This document shows positions 36,601 through 46,034 of a DNA stretch of 60,151 bases, piece by piece. The translations under genes and the position numbers were made by a program. The notes under the pieces were generated by a model, which was not told the origin of the DNA, made no database searches, and saw nothing but the letters and a program-made list of their open reading frames with translations. Each line of letters starts with the position of its first letter. Position 1 is the first letter of the stretch. Source of the DNA: a virus (taxonomy: Duplodnaviria; Caudoviricetes); the IMG/VR virus record IMGVR_UViG_3300008113_000221, positions 1 through 60,151 of that record. One strand, given 5' to 3'.

Positions 36601-37739
36601 GGGGCTCCGTATATTCCGCCAGCTAACGTAGCTGTTAAAATATTTTTGCCTATGTTGTCGTATATTTCTTTTTCGTTAAATACTTCTTGCCCTTGAATCT
36701 TATTTGTAAGTATCTTAGCGCCTTCATTAAGAGTTGTCTGTATTCCTTCTGTAATACCTTCAATAGCTGATGAATAAGCGACTTTAAGTCCTTTTGATTT
36801 TGCTGTAGAAGCAAGCGCTCTAACTTCTGTTTCTATAATCTTCTCTATCCCTTTTGTTGATATTGGAGTTGTAGACTTTGATATTTTCTTAAAAGTATCT
36901 GATATTACTTTTTTTTGTATGTTCTTGAACGCAGGCCCAGTTCCAAATATTTTATCAAATCCAAGTTTTTCTAAGTAAGAGTTTATTACACCAACGGTAT
37001 TCCCATACACTTCTCTGGCTAAAGGATTTTCTTTAATCTCTCCTTTTTCAACCATTTTATCATACTCTCTAACCCCCTCTCCATATCCTTGAAAATAGTA
37101 TGAAGACATTCCTGTAACAAGAGCTAAAGGTATATCAGATAACATTCTTGCTCCAGAAGCTGTTAGGGCTTTTGCATTTTCAATAAAACCCTTATTTTTA
37201 AAATCTATTCTTGATATTTCTTGCTGCTCTACAGGAGTAGCGTAATCTGACTTTATCTTTCCAAATGCTGACTCTATTTTACGAGTTCTTTCTTTTTTAA
37301 TAGCAGCTTCTGTTTTTGGCCTTTCTACCTGCTCTCTTACTACATCAGAAACCGTTTTCTGTGGGCCTGTTAAAGGCTGAATATATGAGAATGGGTCTTG
37401 AGGAACCCTTTCTGGTATGCCAGTAGCAAAAGATTCAAATCCTGTTACAAAATTATTCCAAGTTGTAGAAAGGAACTTTTCCGCTTCGCTCCTATCTTTT
37501 TGTACGCTTTTCTGATACTTTGGTTGTTTAGGAATTTCTCCTATAACCAATGAGTTAAAGTTCTCTGGCGTTCTATTAAATCCTTCTACTTTGTCTTTAA
37601 GAGCTTGGTACGCCCTTCCTCTGTAGGCAGAATCAGACATCATAAGATTCCTAAATTCTTCTGGACTCCTATTAAATCCGTCTACCTTTTCAGTTAGCGT
37701 TTGATATACTTTGGATATATAATCGTTCTCGTTTGCCAT
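33396..37739 (-). CDS. large ejection/polyvalent protein with a DdrB-like ParB domain
   Basis: FAVVEMDDILASH...NPRNY...GVPII..DGIVLSGNGRTMAI...NPVLV motif set. Confidence 0.78.
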   Translation of the reverse strand: MANENDYISKVYQTLTEKVDGFNRSPEEFRNLMMSDSAYRGRAYQALKDKVEGFNRTPENFNSLVIGEIPKQPKYQKSVQKDRSEAEKFLSTTWNNFVTGFESFATGIPERVPQDPFSYIQPLTGPQKTVSDVVREQVERPKTEAAIKKERTRKIESAFGKIKSDYATPVEQQEISRIDFKNKGFIENAKALTASGARMLSDIPLALVTGMSSYYFQGYGEGVREYDKMVEKGEIKENPLAREVYGNTVGVINSYLEKLGFDKIFGTGPAFKNIQKKVISDTFKKISKSTTPISTKGIEKIIETEVRALASTAKSKGLKVAYSSAIEGITEGIQTTLNEGAKILTNKIQGQEVFNEKEIYDNIGKNILTATLAGGIYGAPMGTIATFSKNVNTSVLKDVANAKTDEDFANIRSELEATFDANNYSQEDRDATMFTLENYARIKQKLPPLTPPEVQEKVIPIVEQRDKVDEEIAAKKEQLSKLDESVAADAESEIKALEEKRASLNDEIRGEVSGVETSYFEADGKFFKQIGDAEPEEISKTRYDIESVRNDDKQLEQDEKDAITVSEMLDMPVLYNGDKATLRVEGQTVVADIPSKNRIVEIGNVDEIGDSKISDLGIEKQESAVSVADSGNIVVRGTEFVNLFTDPLAAINRDANGNIVSVNLETEDGKKRTFRGSTADDVAYQIILKKINENNETRQQFEDFVESNEPIKQELESGQVAEVAVEAAPIITEQVPVVAEIKVGSIVTDADGKEYMVVELGTSRKGTPQATVEIPKRTKEEIEKNARLIVFGRNENRTLYKSENDPKFIKEQDIAISEEISEQTAVNNSSRGTITLDLSDLKLKESEQTSVEPVNEIERLRAAEQKELLAAIPNIEQYKVDGVVDRSKITNEEDRAKFDEIYNKYDKIISPLVKPSETAQPVAGQAVVEADIEVKPTMETGTGLLAPADGKTVKVGEANKGFQNKGIILGEDTTIEMPNGETRDAAFAVVEMDDILASHNETSFNDTKGYPSQNGMNVNPRNYKGDTVAKEKVNRDARNLKPSIVISDSATPDTGVPIISLDGIVLSGNGRTMAIKLSKDIAPEKYAEYKKRLEDRAAKFGIDPAAVRGMKNPVLVKIDNSVKEYSVKELDAYNQKAQKGESPTDTAIKRAAIISNNQRLKDGILNIISGYNTMGELFDSKQDRTALINLLEANGIITQQERSEYVSQDNQLTESGKDLINDILLATVVSPEVMKSTDNVKTFRKNIISALPLLTTNYKNENYSLEKLINDAILLQSDMVSRGYKLDDFWNYIGQTQLGKPHNPDVIVMNRMIAEGPMKFKDFVRKYNAASETSAGGMFESEAMTREQALSALAKTENKLKENEIKIIANLAGVYSEYERAQQAGTAKVFEQPIFEQVTEQEAEELPEFVNGEFTNPKFEEQYQRERASEFGYTETREQFVARKFCK

Positions 37740-37747
37740 AAATTTAA

Positions 37748-39367
37748 TTATAGGTCTCTCTCTGCTGCATCTCCAGTAACTGATGGCGCCATGTATACCC
37801 CAATAGCCTGCCTTGTTTCCTTAGCGCTTCGCTGTGGTGGAGCTATGTATGCATCGGCAAAATTCCTAGATTTTCTCCCATTAACATTTAGGTATATGTT
37901 TATTGGATTCTTTGCTGCGTCAGTTGTTCTTAAAATCATAACCCTTCCAGACCTTAAAGCTTCTGGAGTTATATCACTATCAAGGAATCCTCTATTTTTA
38001 TTTGCCTCATTTATAGCAACAGACAATTCATAAAGCTGCTGTTTGCCTTGTTCTGTGTTTGGATTTTTGACAGAGAACTTTCTAGATATAGTTTTATCTA
38101 TATCTTTTGATGCTAGTTCGCTTCCAATATTATACCCCTCTTTATTCTTGTGCACTTCTAATGCGGTGAATGGGTACATCTTATCAGCAGCGCCTATGCT
38201 ATTAAACTGATTAGATGTCTCTCTCATTGCAGATACGCCCATCTCTCCAACTCTTGATGCGTTTTCAAATAATGGAGATATTTTTACTGGCCCTCCCCCA
38301 AATCTTTTATCTAAGGCCTGCTCTCTCCTTTGCTCTGCTGCAATTTGGTCTGATATTCTTTCTTGCCTTAAAACTTGTCTACGAGTTACGGGGTCTTCTA
38401 TGAAATCTTCTTCAAATGAAGGATTTGCGTATTTTGAAATAAACTGTTTAGCAGCAAGGTAGTTTATAAACTTAGCTTTAGGTGGTAAGTTTTTAGCAAA
38501 TATATCTTCTGGCAAATTTGGAAGCTTAAACTTAGACTGCTTTTCTTGATACAGTTTTAAAAAATTATTTATCGTATTATTATAGTCTCCAGTTTCAACA
38601 GCTTTATCAAACTCTTGTTTTGTAAACTTATTTATTTCTCTTGGAGAAATAGTCTGTTCTAGAGATTGTCTAATTGCGCCTGCTGTTACATCAATATCTG
38701 GCAAAAGATTCTTATACTTAAATACTTTAGATACGCCTTCTCCTGAAGGGTATGCCTCGTCTGGTATATTGGGGCTATATTTAGATACCGCATCTATTGT
38801 TTGCGGAACCGATTGATAAAACTTTCTTCCATCAACATCTTTTCTTCTGTATTCGGCCATGTTATCAAGGTTATTCGCCCTTATTTCGTCAATAGACTTG
38901 CTCATTACATTATTTTTCCATCTAATGTCAGCGCCTTCATCCCAATCATCAATATTTTTGGGGTCTACTATATTTTGGTATGTATCCCTTTCTGTTTTAG
39001 AAAACTCTTTACTGGCTTGAATGGTAGTAAGCATTTTACTATATAGTGCATTTGCCTCACTTTTTAGCTGACCATACTTTTCTGGATTCTTAGTAATGAG
39101 TGAAGGATTAGAAGACAGTTGCTTTTCTATTGAAGACCACTTATTGTAGCTATCAGTAACCCTGCCTATATCAGCTTCTCTTATTCCAGCTCTTTGCTTA
39201 TTGATGTCAGCAAGTTCAGTATAATACCTTTTCTCTGCCTCTATTCTCCTAGCTCTATCTTCTGCTGCAATACGCTGATTAGCAGCACTCAATGTGTTGT
39301 ATATGGGAGACAGGTCTTGAGCGCCAAACGCCCTTTGTATCATTCTTTCTGAAATGCCTAATGCCAT
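37748..39367 (-). CDS. internal virion (ejection) protein
   Basis: Helical, 539 aa; position. Confidence 0.65.
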   Translation of the reverse strand: MALGISERMIQRAFGAQDLSPIYNTLSAANQRIAAEDRARRIEAEKRYYTELADINKQRAGIREADIGRVTDSYNKWSSIEKQLSSNPSLITKNPEKYGQLKSEANALYSKMLTTIQASKEFSKTERDTYQNIVDPKNIDDWDEGADIRWKNNVMSKSIDEIRANNLDNMAEYRRKDVDGRKFYQSVPQTIDAVSKYSPNIPDEAYPSGEGVSKVFKYKNLLPDIDVTAGAIRQSLEQTISPREINKFTKQEFDKAVETGDYNNTINNFLKLYQEKQSKFKLPNLPEDIFAKNLPPKAKFINYLAAKQFISKYANPSFEEDFIEDPVTRRQVLRQERISDQIAAEQRREQALDKRFGGGPVKISPLFENASRVGEMGVSAMRETSNQFNSIGAADKMYPFTALEVHKNKEGYNIGSELASKDIDKTISRKFSVKNPNTEQGKQQLYELSVAINEANKNRGFLDSDITPEALRSGRVMILRTTDAAKNPINIYLNVNGRKSRNFADAYIAPPQRSAKETRQAIGVYMAPSVTGDAAERDL

Positions 39368-39404
39368 GTTAAGTTTTTAAGCTCGTTTATATTCTATCTA
39401 TTCA

Positions 39405-40079
39405 TTAAAAACCTTCATTCAAAAACCTAGCATCCATTCCTGCGTCAGCAGCTGATAAAGCTGAAGCGCTAGGGCTAGATATTTTTGGCAAGGAAGTTTT
39501 TCCTTTCTTTCTAGAAAAATCTATTTCAGCACCACTGCCACCAGAAGTAGCAAGTCCAGCTCCAGCTCCAGTTGCAGCAGCAAGTCCTTGGCTAACCATA
39601 GCTCTCTTTGCAGCAAGTCTTTCAAGTGCCATGTTTGCTTTAAGGCCAGCCTTCTCTCTTCTTGATTCAAGAGCTCTCGCTCTTTCTTGCGTCATCATCT
39701 GCCTTTGCCCCTGTAATCTTTGTCTTGCGCCTAGTTTAAATTCAGCAGCCTTAGTGCCTAAGTCAAGAAGCCCTCTTCTTTGCTGTTCAGCAAGAACGCC
39801 AACAGATTGAAGTCCACCCTTTCTTGTTTGAGCAGAACGAAGTGCCGCTGATGTAGCAAGTCCAAGTTGCTCTTGCGCTCTTCCCATTCCGGGCATAGGA
39901 ACATTGACATCCTCTTTAGCGGCTTGATAAGCCTCTTTAGCAAACGGAGATTCTGTATAGTCTTCAATACCTTCGATTGCAGCCTCTGCTCTCTTTCTTG
40001 CCTTTCTTTGACCAATCATTCCTCCTATTGCTTGAACAGCGCCTATGCCTGCTTGAATTGCCGCTAATGGAATTGCCAT
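39405..40079 (-). CDS. internal virion (pilot/ejection) protein
   Basis: Ala/Gly hydrophobic N-terminus and Gln/Arg helical body, typical of the smallest podovirus ejection protein. Confidence 0.7.
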   Translation of the reverse strand: MAIPLAAIQAGIGAVQAIGGMIGQRKARKRAEAAIEGIEDYTESPFAKEAYQAAKEDVNVPMPGMGRAQEQLGLATSAALRSAQTRKGGLQSVGVLAEQQRRGLLDLGTKAAEFKLGARQRLQGQRQMMTQERARALESRREKAGLKANMALERLAAKRAMVSQGLAAATGAGAGLATSGGSGAEIDFSRKKGKTSLPKISSPSASALSAADAGMDARFLNEGF

Positions 40080-40090
40080 AATATTTTATT

Positions 40091-43000
40091 TTATCCGTTT
40101 CGTTGACTTATTGTAAAGTTCATATATAATCCTGACAAATATACAAAATTAGTGCTAGTATTGGACAGTTTGAGCTGCAACCATGACCCTTTAAGGTAAT
40201 TGCCATCTATAACACCGCCTATGCTATTGCCATCTCTCATGAAGGCTGCATGGTAAAATCCTTCATTCAATTCATAATCACTAGCCACAAGGTTGCTAAC
40301 TTGCCCTAAAGACGTAGTAACATCTGAGCTTCCAGCAGAAGCCCATAATGCGCTTGAGTCCTGCGTTATTGCGTTAAAGTCTTTCTTCAGCATATTCTGC
40401 ATATTGAAAGATACGCTTATTTCGCTTGGATATGCTACTCCGTAGAACGTATTTCTTGTAGCTGAATCATGCAGATATAAGCCTCCATTCTTCCAGCTAA
40501 CAACAGTATTCTCTACGCACCCAAGCCACTCTGGCTCATAGCTATAGAACGATGAATATGCGTTTCTTTTTTCATTAAATCCTATAGTATACGGGGTAAG
40601 TGTAACAGCGCCCTTAGTTCCAGACTGGAATACGCTAATAAACTCTTCTTCAAAAGAGTCGTAAGTTCCAAGAACTCTGGCAAATCCGCCACCGCTTCTT
40701 AGATACGTCTGGTCGATATACTTATTTGCTATCTCTGGGAAGAAGTACTGTCCTTTATAAATCTCACTTATTGGAGTAACTCCATCGTTAGCAAGCCTTA
40801 TATGGTATCCCCTTATTGGGTCTACGAAATAGTCGGCAGCGGCAGAAGACGCAAGAGAGCAATACTGATTGCCTATTCCATATTCCCCTTGATAGTAGTT
40901 AATCTTATTGATTATATTTATTGAGCCTATAAGGTTAGTGCTACCATCTTGGTTTGATAGTTCTGTAGCGTAAATCCTAACAACACCTTGTCCTCTATTT
41001 TGAAATACTCTAAGTATGCTCTCACGAACCTTAAACCTCTGTATATCTCCCTTGCTCCTATCGTACTCATCATAGTTTATAGGGAAGAATCTGTTAGTCT
41101 GATTAATCAGCGTTCCCTGCTGATATGTTCCACCATATCTTACAAGAGTTGAATTGTATAATTCTCTTGCAAATGGGTCTATAACAAACGGCCTTCCGTT
41201 TCCAGCTACAGACGAAGGGAATAGGTCAGATGCAGCTTTATTTACAAGATACATTGGATTCGGAAGAGCAGGGCTATTTACGGGGAACATCCTAAATCTT
41301 GTGTATACGTCTCCTCTGCTAAACCCAAATACTGCTCCCTGCGGCATCAACGCTGTAATAGAAGCATCTGCTATATTATCTGTATATGTCGTAGTGGTAT
41401 TATCATTTATTGTTGTCAGTAAATAATAATCTGCTCCATTAGCTTTTGTCCTAAACACCTTCCTTGCTGTAGTTCCAGCAGGGCCTGTCGGGATAGACGT
41501 AAGATTAATTTGTTGGCTACCAGAAACTGTTGTTACGTTAGCGCTCTTTGGACTAGGATTAGATTGGCCAGCAGGGGCAACATATTCCACTTTGTAAGAA
41601 TATACCCCAATACTAAGATTTCCTGCCGATGCGACAAGTGTTGCCGTAGGAGCTGTAGAAGGAGCAGGCACAGCAGATGTAGTTCCGGCAATTTGATTTA
41701 CAGTTTTTGACGTATGGTATCTTGTTGGCAATCCAGCATCTCCAACTTGATAAGTTTCCCCAAACTCATAGAACGACTGAGCATTTAGCTCTGTTCCTGT
41801 GGCTGGAGTGTAAACTTCGCAATAATAATTATCTGTTGTACCAAAATTAGAAATAGCTGTCGAATATGGTATTTTTATATATATCCCAGTAAATGCAGTT
41901 GCCACTATAGTAGGGTCTGTTACAACATCTACAATAGGAAAATCAACAGTCGATACAATTCCTCCTCCGTATGGTATAAATGGCCCTATAATCCTAATTC
42001 TATCTCCTCTATTAAAGTCATATGCCTCATAATTATTTTCGTTGGTCTGCAAATTTGTTATCTGCAAGTATCCATAGTCTGAGTCTTTTTCTGTAGTAGA
42101 GCTAACGAATGTAGTAAACGATGCAGCAGTAAGATTTAATGACCTACCCCAAGTAAAATACTTTGCGTTTACTGGAGGCTGATGATTTATAAGAAAAGAT
42201 ATGTTTGGTATCTTCATCTGTGTTCCACCAGTAGTATCCATCTCTGGAGTTGAAATAAGCATTGAGTCAACAGTCTTTGCTCCATCAGTTACACCAAACT
42301 CATCAAAATACATCAATACAAATCTGTATTTAGATTTATGCTTATAGCATGATATTGATACGTCATCTATTGAAGAAGGCGCAGAGGCATAAGATATTGA
42401 AGAAATCCCATCAAATACGTTATACTGAACGGGGTCTCCTGCGTCTGGGTCTCTAGGGTATACATATACTCTACTAAATAAAGTATAATTAAACGGGTCT
42501 GTCTGGTCTAGATAATAGTTTGTAGTTATCTGTGCGGCAAAATATGCGGCTACGGTTGACCTTGTATCTCCAGCCCCAACAGTATAACTATATGTAAGGC
42601 TCGCAACAACGTATGGAGGCGTAGGCTTATCTACTACAACCTGTATGGTAACTACATCTCCTACTTGAGGAGTTCCGTATATGTCAAATGCCCATCCGTA
42701 AGTATCAATCTCTGCTGATACTATAGTCATTGGCGCAGTAGAATTATTTGTAATAAGAGATACGGATGATGAAACATCTAGATTCGCATCCATATTAATG
42801 CCTTCCGTTATTCCACCATATAATAGAACATTGCCATTTAGCAGCTCTTGTGCATTAGCCTTTTTTGGCACATAGTCAAAAAGAAGCAAATCCTCTTCTT
42901 GGTCTATGTAGTCATAAGAGCTATCGTTTAAAAAGAAGAATGTCTGATTGCTATTATTAGATGCATTGCCCTTTTGTATCGTAGCAATAGATAGCGTTGC

Positions 43001-43816
43001 TGAAAATGTATTATCAATAGTATGCCTTGCAGCAAGCTCAACAGCTATGCAGTCAGCATCTCCATTATTGTATATTACAGATATTTTATTGCTCTTTGTG
43101 GGGTCTGTGTCATTTGCAATACTGTCAACGCTTGAAGGAGCAAATAACTTACTCCAAGGGCTCCACGTAGATTTAGTATTATCCCTATAAATCCACCTGT
43201 ACCTAAACTGATACAATGTGTTTTTAAGGTTATTTATTGTGATAGCAGCATCATCAAGATACGAGCAAATAGGAGCTATTAAAGGCATCTTCCTTGCCAC
43301 GTACAAATACTGCGTCTGCCACTGCGTTCCAGAAGAATAAAGGAGGTTAGACAGCGCATCTTTTACATTCAGATAGCATGGCCTATTAGTCCTGTCTGTC
43401 CAATACAGCGTATCTCCTTCATCTTGGTCTTTGTAAATAATATTTACAGAAGCTATTGGATATGCAGGGTCAAAAGTAAAAATATCATAAGCACTATTAG
43501 TAAAGCTTACAAGAACAGGAGTTATTGTCTTGGCAATAGTGTCATAATAGTATATTCCATTTCTTCCATTACTATTGTAGTTGAAATAGTATAATCTATT
43601 TTTTACATTATCGTACAAGTGTCCAATACACCTATTTGTTCCTGCTGGAAGAGAGTTAGAAATAAGCCTATTGCCATAAATATTCTCAACAAGATTATCT
43701 CCTTGAGGGCCTCTAAACCTTACGTTCAGTGCATTTCTATGATGCGATTCTGGCAATACATCATTACCATCATCTAAGTTCATTACCCCTGAAAACCTCT
43801 TTTCGTTTACTGGCAT
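40091..43816 (-). CDS. tail stabilization / muzzle (nozzle) protein
   Basis: GVMNLDD...ALNVR start, LYWTD..NRP, YQFRYRW, GEYGIGN; crAss-like muzzle layout. Confidence 0.8.
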   Translation of the reverse strand: MPVNEKRFSGVMNLDDGNDVLPESHHRNALNVRFRGPQGDNLVENIYGNRLISNSLPAGTNRCIGHLYDNVKNRLYYFNYNSNGRNGIYYYDTIAKTITPVLVSFTNSAYDIFTFDPAYPIASVNIIYKDQDEGDTLYWTDRTNRPCYLNVKDALSNLLYSSGTQWQTQYLYVARKMPLIAPICSYLDDAAITINNLKNTLYQFRYRWIYRDNTKSTWSPWSKLFAPSSVDSIANDTDPTKSNKISVIYNNGDADCIAVELAARHTIDNTFSATLSIATIQKGNASNNSNQTFFFLNDSSYDYIDQEEDLLLFDYVPKKANAQELLNGNVLLYGGITEGINMDANLDVSSSVSLITNNSTAPMTIVSAEIDTYGWAFDIYGTPQVGDVVTIQVVVDKPTPPYVVASLTYSYTVGAGDTRSTVAAYFAAQITTNYYLDQTDPFNYTLFSRVYVYPRDPDAGDPVQYNVFDGISSISYASAPSSIDDVSISCYKHKSKYRFVLMYFDEFGVTDGAKTVDSMLISTPEMDTTGGTQMKIPNISFLINHQPPVNAKYFTWGRSLNLTAASFTTFVSSTTEKDSDYGYLQITNLQTNENNYEAYDFNRGDRIRIIGPFIPYGGGIVSTVDFPIVDVVTDPTIVATAFTGIYIKIPYSTAISNFGTTDNYYCEVYTPATGTELNAQSFYEFGETYQVGDAGLPTRYHTSKTVNQIAGTTSAVPAPSTAPTATLVASAGNLSIGVYSYKVEYVAPAGQSNPSPKSANVTTVSGSQQINLTSIPTGPAGTTARKVFRTKANGADYYLLTTINDNTTTTYTDNIADASITALMPQGAVFGFSRGDVYTRFRMFPVNSPALPNPMYLVNKAASDLFPSSVAGNGRPFVIDPFARELYNSTLVRYGGTYQQGTLINQTNRFFPINYDEYDRSKGDIQRFKVRESILRVFQNRGQGVVRIYATELSNQDGSTNLIGSINIINKINYYQGEYGIGNQYCSLASSAAADYFVDPIRGYHIRLANDGVTPISEIYKGQYFFPEIANKYIDQTYLRSGGGFARVLGTYDSFEEEFISVFQSGTKGAVTLTPYTIGFNEKRNAYSSFYSYEPEWLGCVENTVVSWKNGGLYLHDSATRNTFYGVAYPSEISVSFNMQNMLKKDFNAITQDSSALWASAGSSDVTTSLGQVSNLVASDYELNEGFYHAAFMRDGNSIGGVIDGNYLKGSWLQLKLSNTSTNFVYLSGLYMNFTISQRNG

Positions 43817-43819
43817 GTG

Positions 43820-44590
43820 TTATCCTTTTACTGATAGTCTCATTGATTCTCTTGAATACTGCTCTGCTACTGCAACCCTAAATGGCTTAATCCTTTTTCT
43901 TGCAAGTTTCTTCTGCGTATAGTACTCTCTCTGCCTAAGCGTCTTTTCGCTGATGTTTACCATCCTGCTACTTGCAAGAGAGCTTATGTCTTTCCATGCA
44001 AGCCATGCTATCAAAGCCTCTTGACACTTCAAATCTATTGAATAATCGTCATTCATTACAGGACTGCTCAAGTACTCAAGAACAATCTGATTGTATTGAA
44101 AATCAGCGCTTAGGATAATAACTCCATTTGCTGCATCCACTTTAAAATCTCCTGCCTGTACCAGTCCGCTTCCAGCTCCAAAGTACTGCTCATATCCTCC
44201 ATCATCCCATCCACCCCACCAGTAAGGGTACTGCTCATAGTTTGGAGAACCTCCATTTGGAGACTGTATCTTGCCAATCCTGTCTGGGTCTGTAGATTTA
44301 TATGTAGTAAGTTGGTCGTTATATCTTAGCGTAGAAAGCTCACCAAAAGAATTAAATATGCCTACTCTTGCCCAGTCGATATAGTCAACTGGCAACGTAG
44401 CTGTTTGGTTTGCATTAACATCTATGACTACAGACTTGGGAGCCCATGAAACATCAAGACCTATATCCGTAAGTCCTCTGAACGCAAGAACCCATAGCCT
44501 TCTAAATTCTCTAGAAGTCTGTCTGCTTTCATCAATATACATATTGACACAATCTGAAAGCTTTACATATTTTTCTATTGCTTCGCTCAT
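43820..44590 (-). CDS. tail ring / adaptor protein
   Basis: TATLPVDYIDWARV...IVLEYLS; upstream of the muzzle gene. Confidence 0.7.
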   Translation of the reverse strand: MSEAIEKYVKLSDCVNMYIDESRQTSREFRRLWVLAFRGLTDIGLDVSWAPKSVVIDVNANQTATLPVDYIDWARVGIFNSFGELSTLRYNDQLTTYKSTDPDRIGKIQSPNGGSPNYEQYPYWWGGWDDGGYEQYFGAGSGLVQAGDFKVDAANGVIILSADFQYNQIVLEYLSSPVMNDDYSIDLKCQEALIAWLAWKDISSLASSRMVNISEKTLRQREYYTQKKLARKRIKPFRVAVAEQYSRESMRLSVKG

Positions 44591-44600
44591 CTTTTATTTT

Positions 44601-45239
44601 TTAAGCTCTATCTTGTCCGTCATTAATAACGTCAGAAACAATACCCTTTCTTGGCAACAACCTCTGCAAGACAATGTTAAATATCTGCTCTACAGCATCA
44701 GCTGGAACATTCAATACGTCATTTGCTGATGATTGAACATTGGTAGCCATCCTTATATTTATCTTGTCTGTAGTATGAGACAAATCTGTTCTGCACCAGA
44801 AATATATCTTATTTCCTTCAATCCAGTAGAATGCAGCCTGTGGAGGCTTAGGCATAAACTGGAAGTAATCCATCTCGTTAGGCTTGATATACAACACTGG
44901 CTTGCTCTGTCCAAGTCCGCCGCTAAAATATACCCCTAGTACTCCAGAGCTATTAGGCATGCCTATAGGTGGGTGAGGTATAGTTGTATAATAGTTTCCG
45001 CTATCGTTATCATACGAAGGAGTACTAAGCTGATATGTGGTGATATATCCGTCTGGAACAGACATGATACCAGATATGTTGTACTCGTCAAGAATCTGCT
45101 TGTTCATTACTGTAGCAATAGCATCGTTGATATATAAATCAACCTCATTGCTTGACAGTTCAGCATCATCTGTAGGTATGCCGTTATAGTAATACCTAAG
45201 TATTCTATCTATAAGCTGTTGTCTTGTTGTATATGCCAT
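44601..45239 (-). CDS. tail ring / adaptor protein
   Basis: Position and size. Confidence 0.6.
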   Translation of the reverse strand: MAYTTRQQLIDRILRYYYNGIPTDDAELSSNEVDLYINDAIATVMNKQILDEYNISGIMSVPDGYITTYQLSTPSYDNDSGNYYTTIPHPPIGMPNSSGVLGVYFSGGLGQSKPVLYIKPNEMDYFQFMPKPPQAAFYWIEGNKIYFWCRTDLSHTTDKINIRMATNVQSSANDVLNVPADAVEQIFNIVLQRLLPRKGIVSDVINDGQDRA

Positions 45240-45241
45240 AA

Positions 45242-45910
45242 TTATTCTCCTTGAGCAATAACTTGCTGACCGTAATTAATAAGTGTACTTTCTTTTATCG
45301 ACACGCCTAGTACTTTTAAAGCCCTTGCTACAATCTCATCAATATCATTATCCTTCCACACTGGCTGAGTACTTGTTCCTGCGTTGTATACAGGCCTTCC
45401 GCTTCCGTCAATAGTATACCCCCACACCACATTTACGGGTACTGATAAGTATTTTACAGTAACGCTTGCAAGAGATGTTGGATACACCCTCCATGATGTA
45501 GATTGTTCCACGTAAAACGCATTTGACTCATTGACTGGGTCAATAGAGTCTCCAAGTCTTTCCGCAAACCTATCCTCTTCTATTCTAAATACCCTTTGAT
45601 TGGTTGGCGTATACATAGCCAGAAGCTTGTTGAAGTCTGCTGGCTTGTTACCTGCTCCTGTAGTCAGCGCTACCGTTGCCGATTTCTGAAATGGAGCAAG
45701 TCTGCTAACTACATTATCTGTCATGTTCAATCCTACTCTTGGAGTCGGTTTGTCATATCTATATTGCTCTACCCTTCCAACAAGGAAGTCGTAGTAATTT
45801 CTTTGAGCTGTATTAAAGCATGCTTGAAATTCAACTGGAGATAAACTCTCAAGTTGATTCTTTCTTGCAATCACTCGCATCAGCGTATATACTTCGTTAA
45901 CATCCATCAA
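45242..45910 (-). CDS. tail ring / adaptor protein
   Basis: LSPVEF...AQ...YLSVP.NVVWGY...EIV. Confidence 0.7.
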   Translation of the reverse strand: MMDVNEVYTLMRVIARKNQLESLSPVEFQACFNTAQRNYYDFLVGRVEQYRYDKPTPRVGLNMTDNVVSRLAPFQKSATVALTTGAGNKPADFNKLLAMYTPTNQRVFRIEEDRFAERLGDSIDPVNESNAFYVEQSTSWRVYPTSLASVTVKYLSVPVNVVWGYTIDGSGRPVYNAGTSTQPVWKDNDIDEIVARALKVLGVSIKESTLINYGQQVIAQGE

Positions 45911-45932
45911 AAGCTGTTTATGTTAATTTTAA

Positions 45933-45940
45933 CAAATATA
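45933..45940 (-). promoter_or_regulatory. TAnnTTTG -7 element (tail operon)
   Basis: TATATTTG on the minus strand. Confidence 0.65.
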
Positions 45941-45945
45941 CGAAT

Positions 45946-45978
45946 AAAAAAAATCCCCGATGTAGAAACATCAGGGAT
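45946..45978 (-). terminator. intrinsic terminator
   Basis: ATCCCCGATGT-AGAA-ACATCAGGGAT with a U-tract on the minus strand. Confidence 0.75.
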
Positions 45979-46034
45979 ACCAAACTTTAAAAAACACACG
46001 AATTGAACATTTTCAAATGTCTACAAACACGGAA

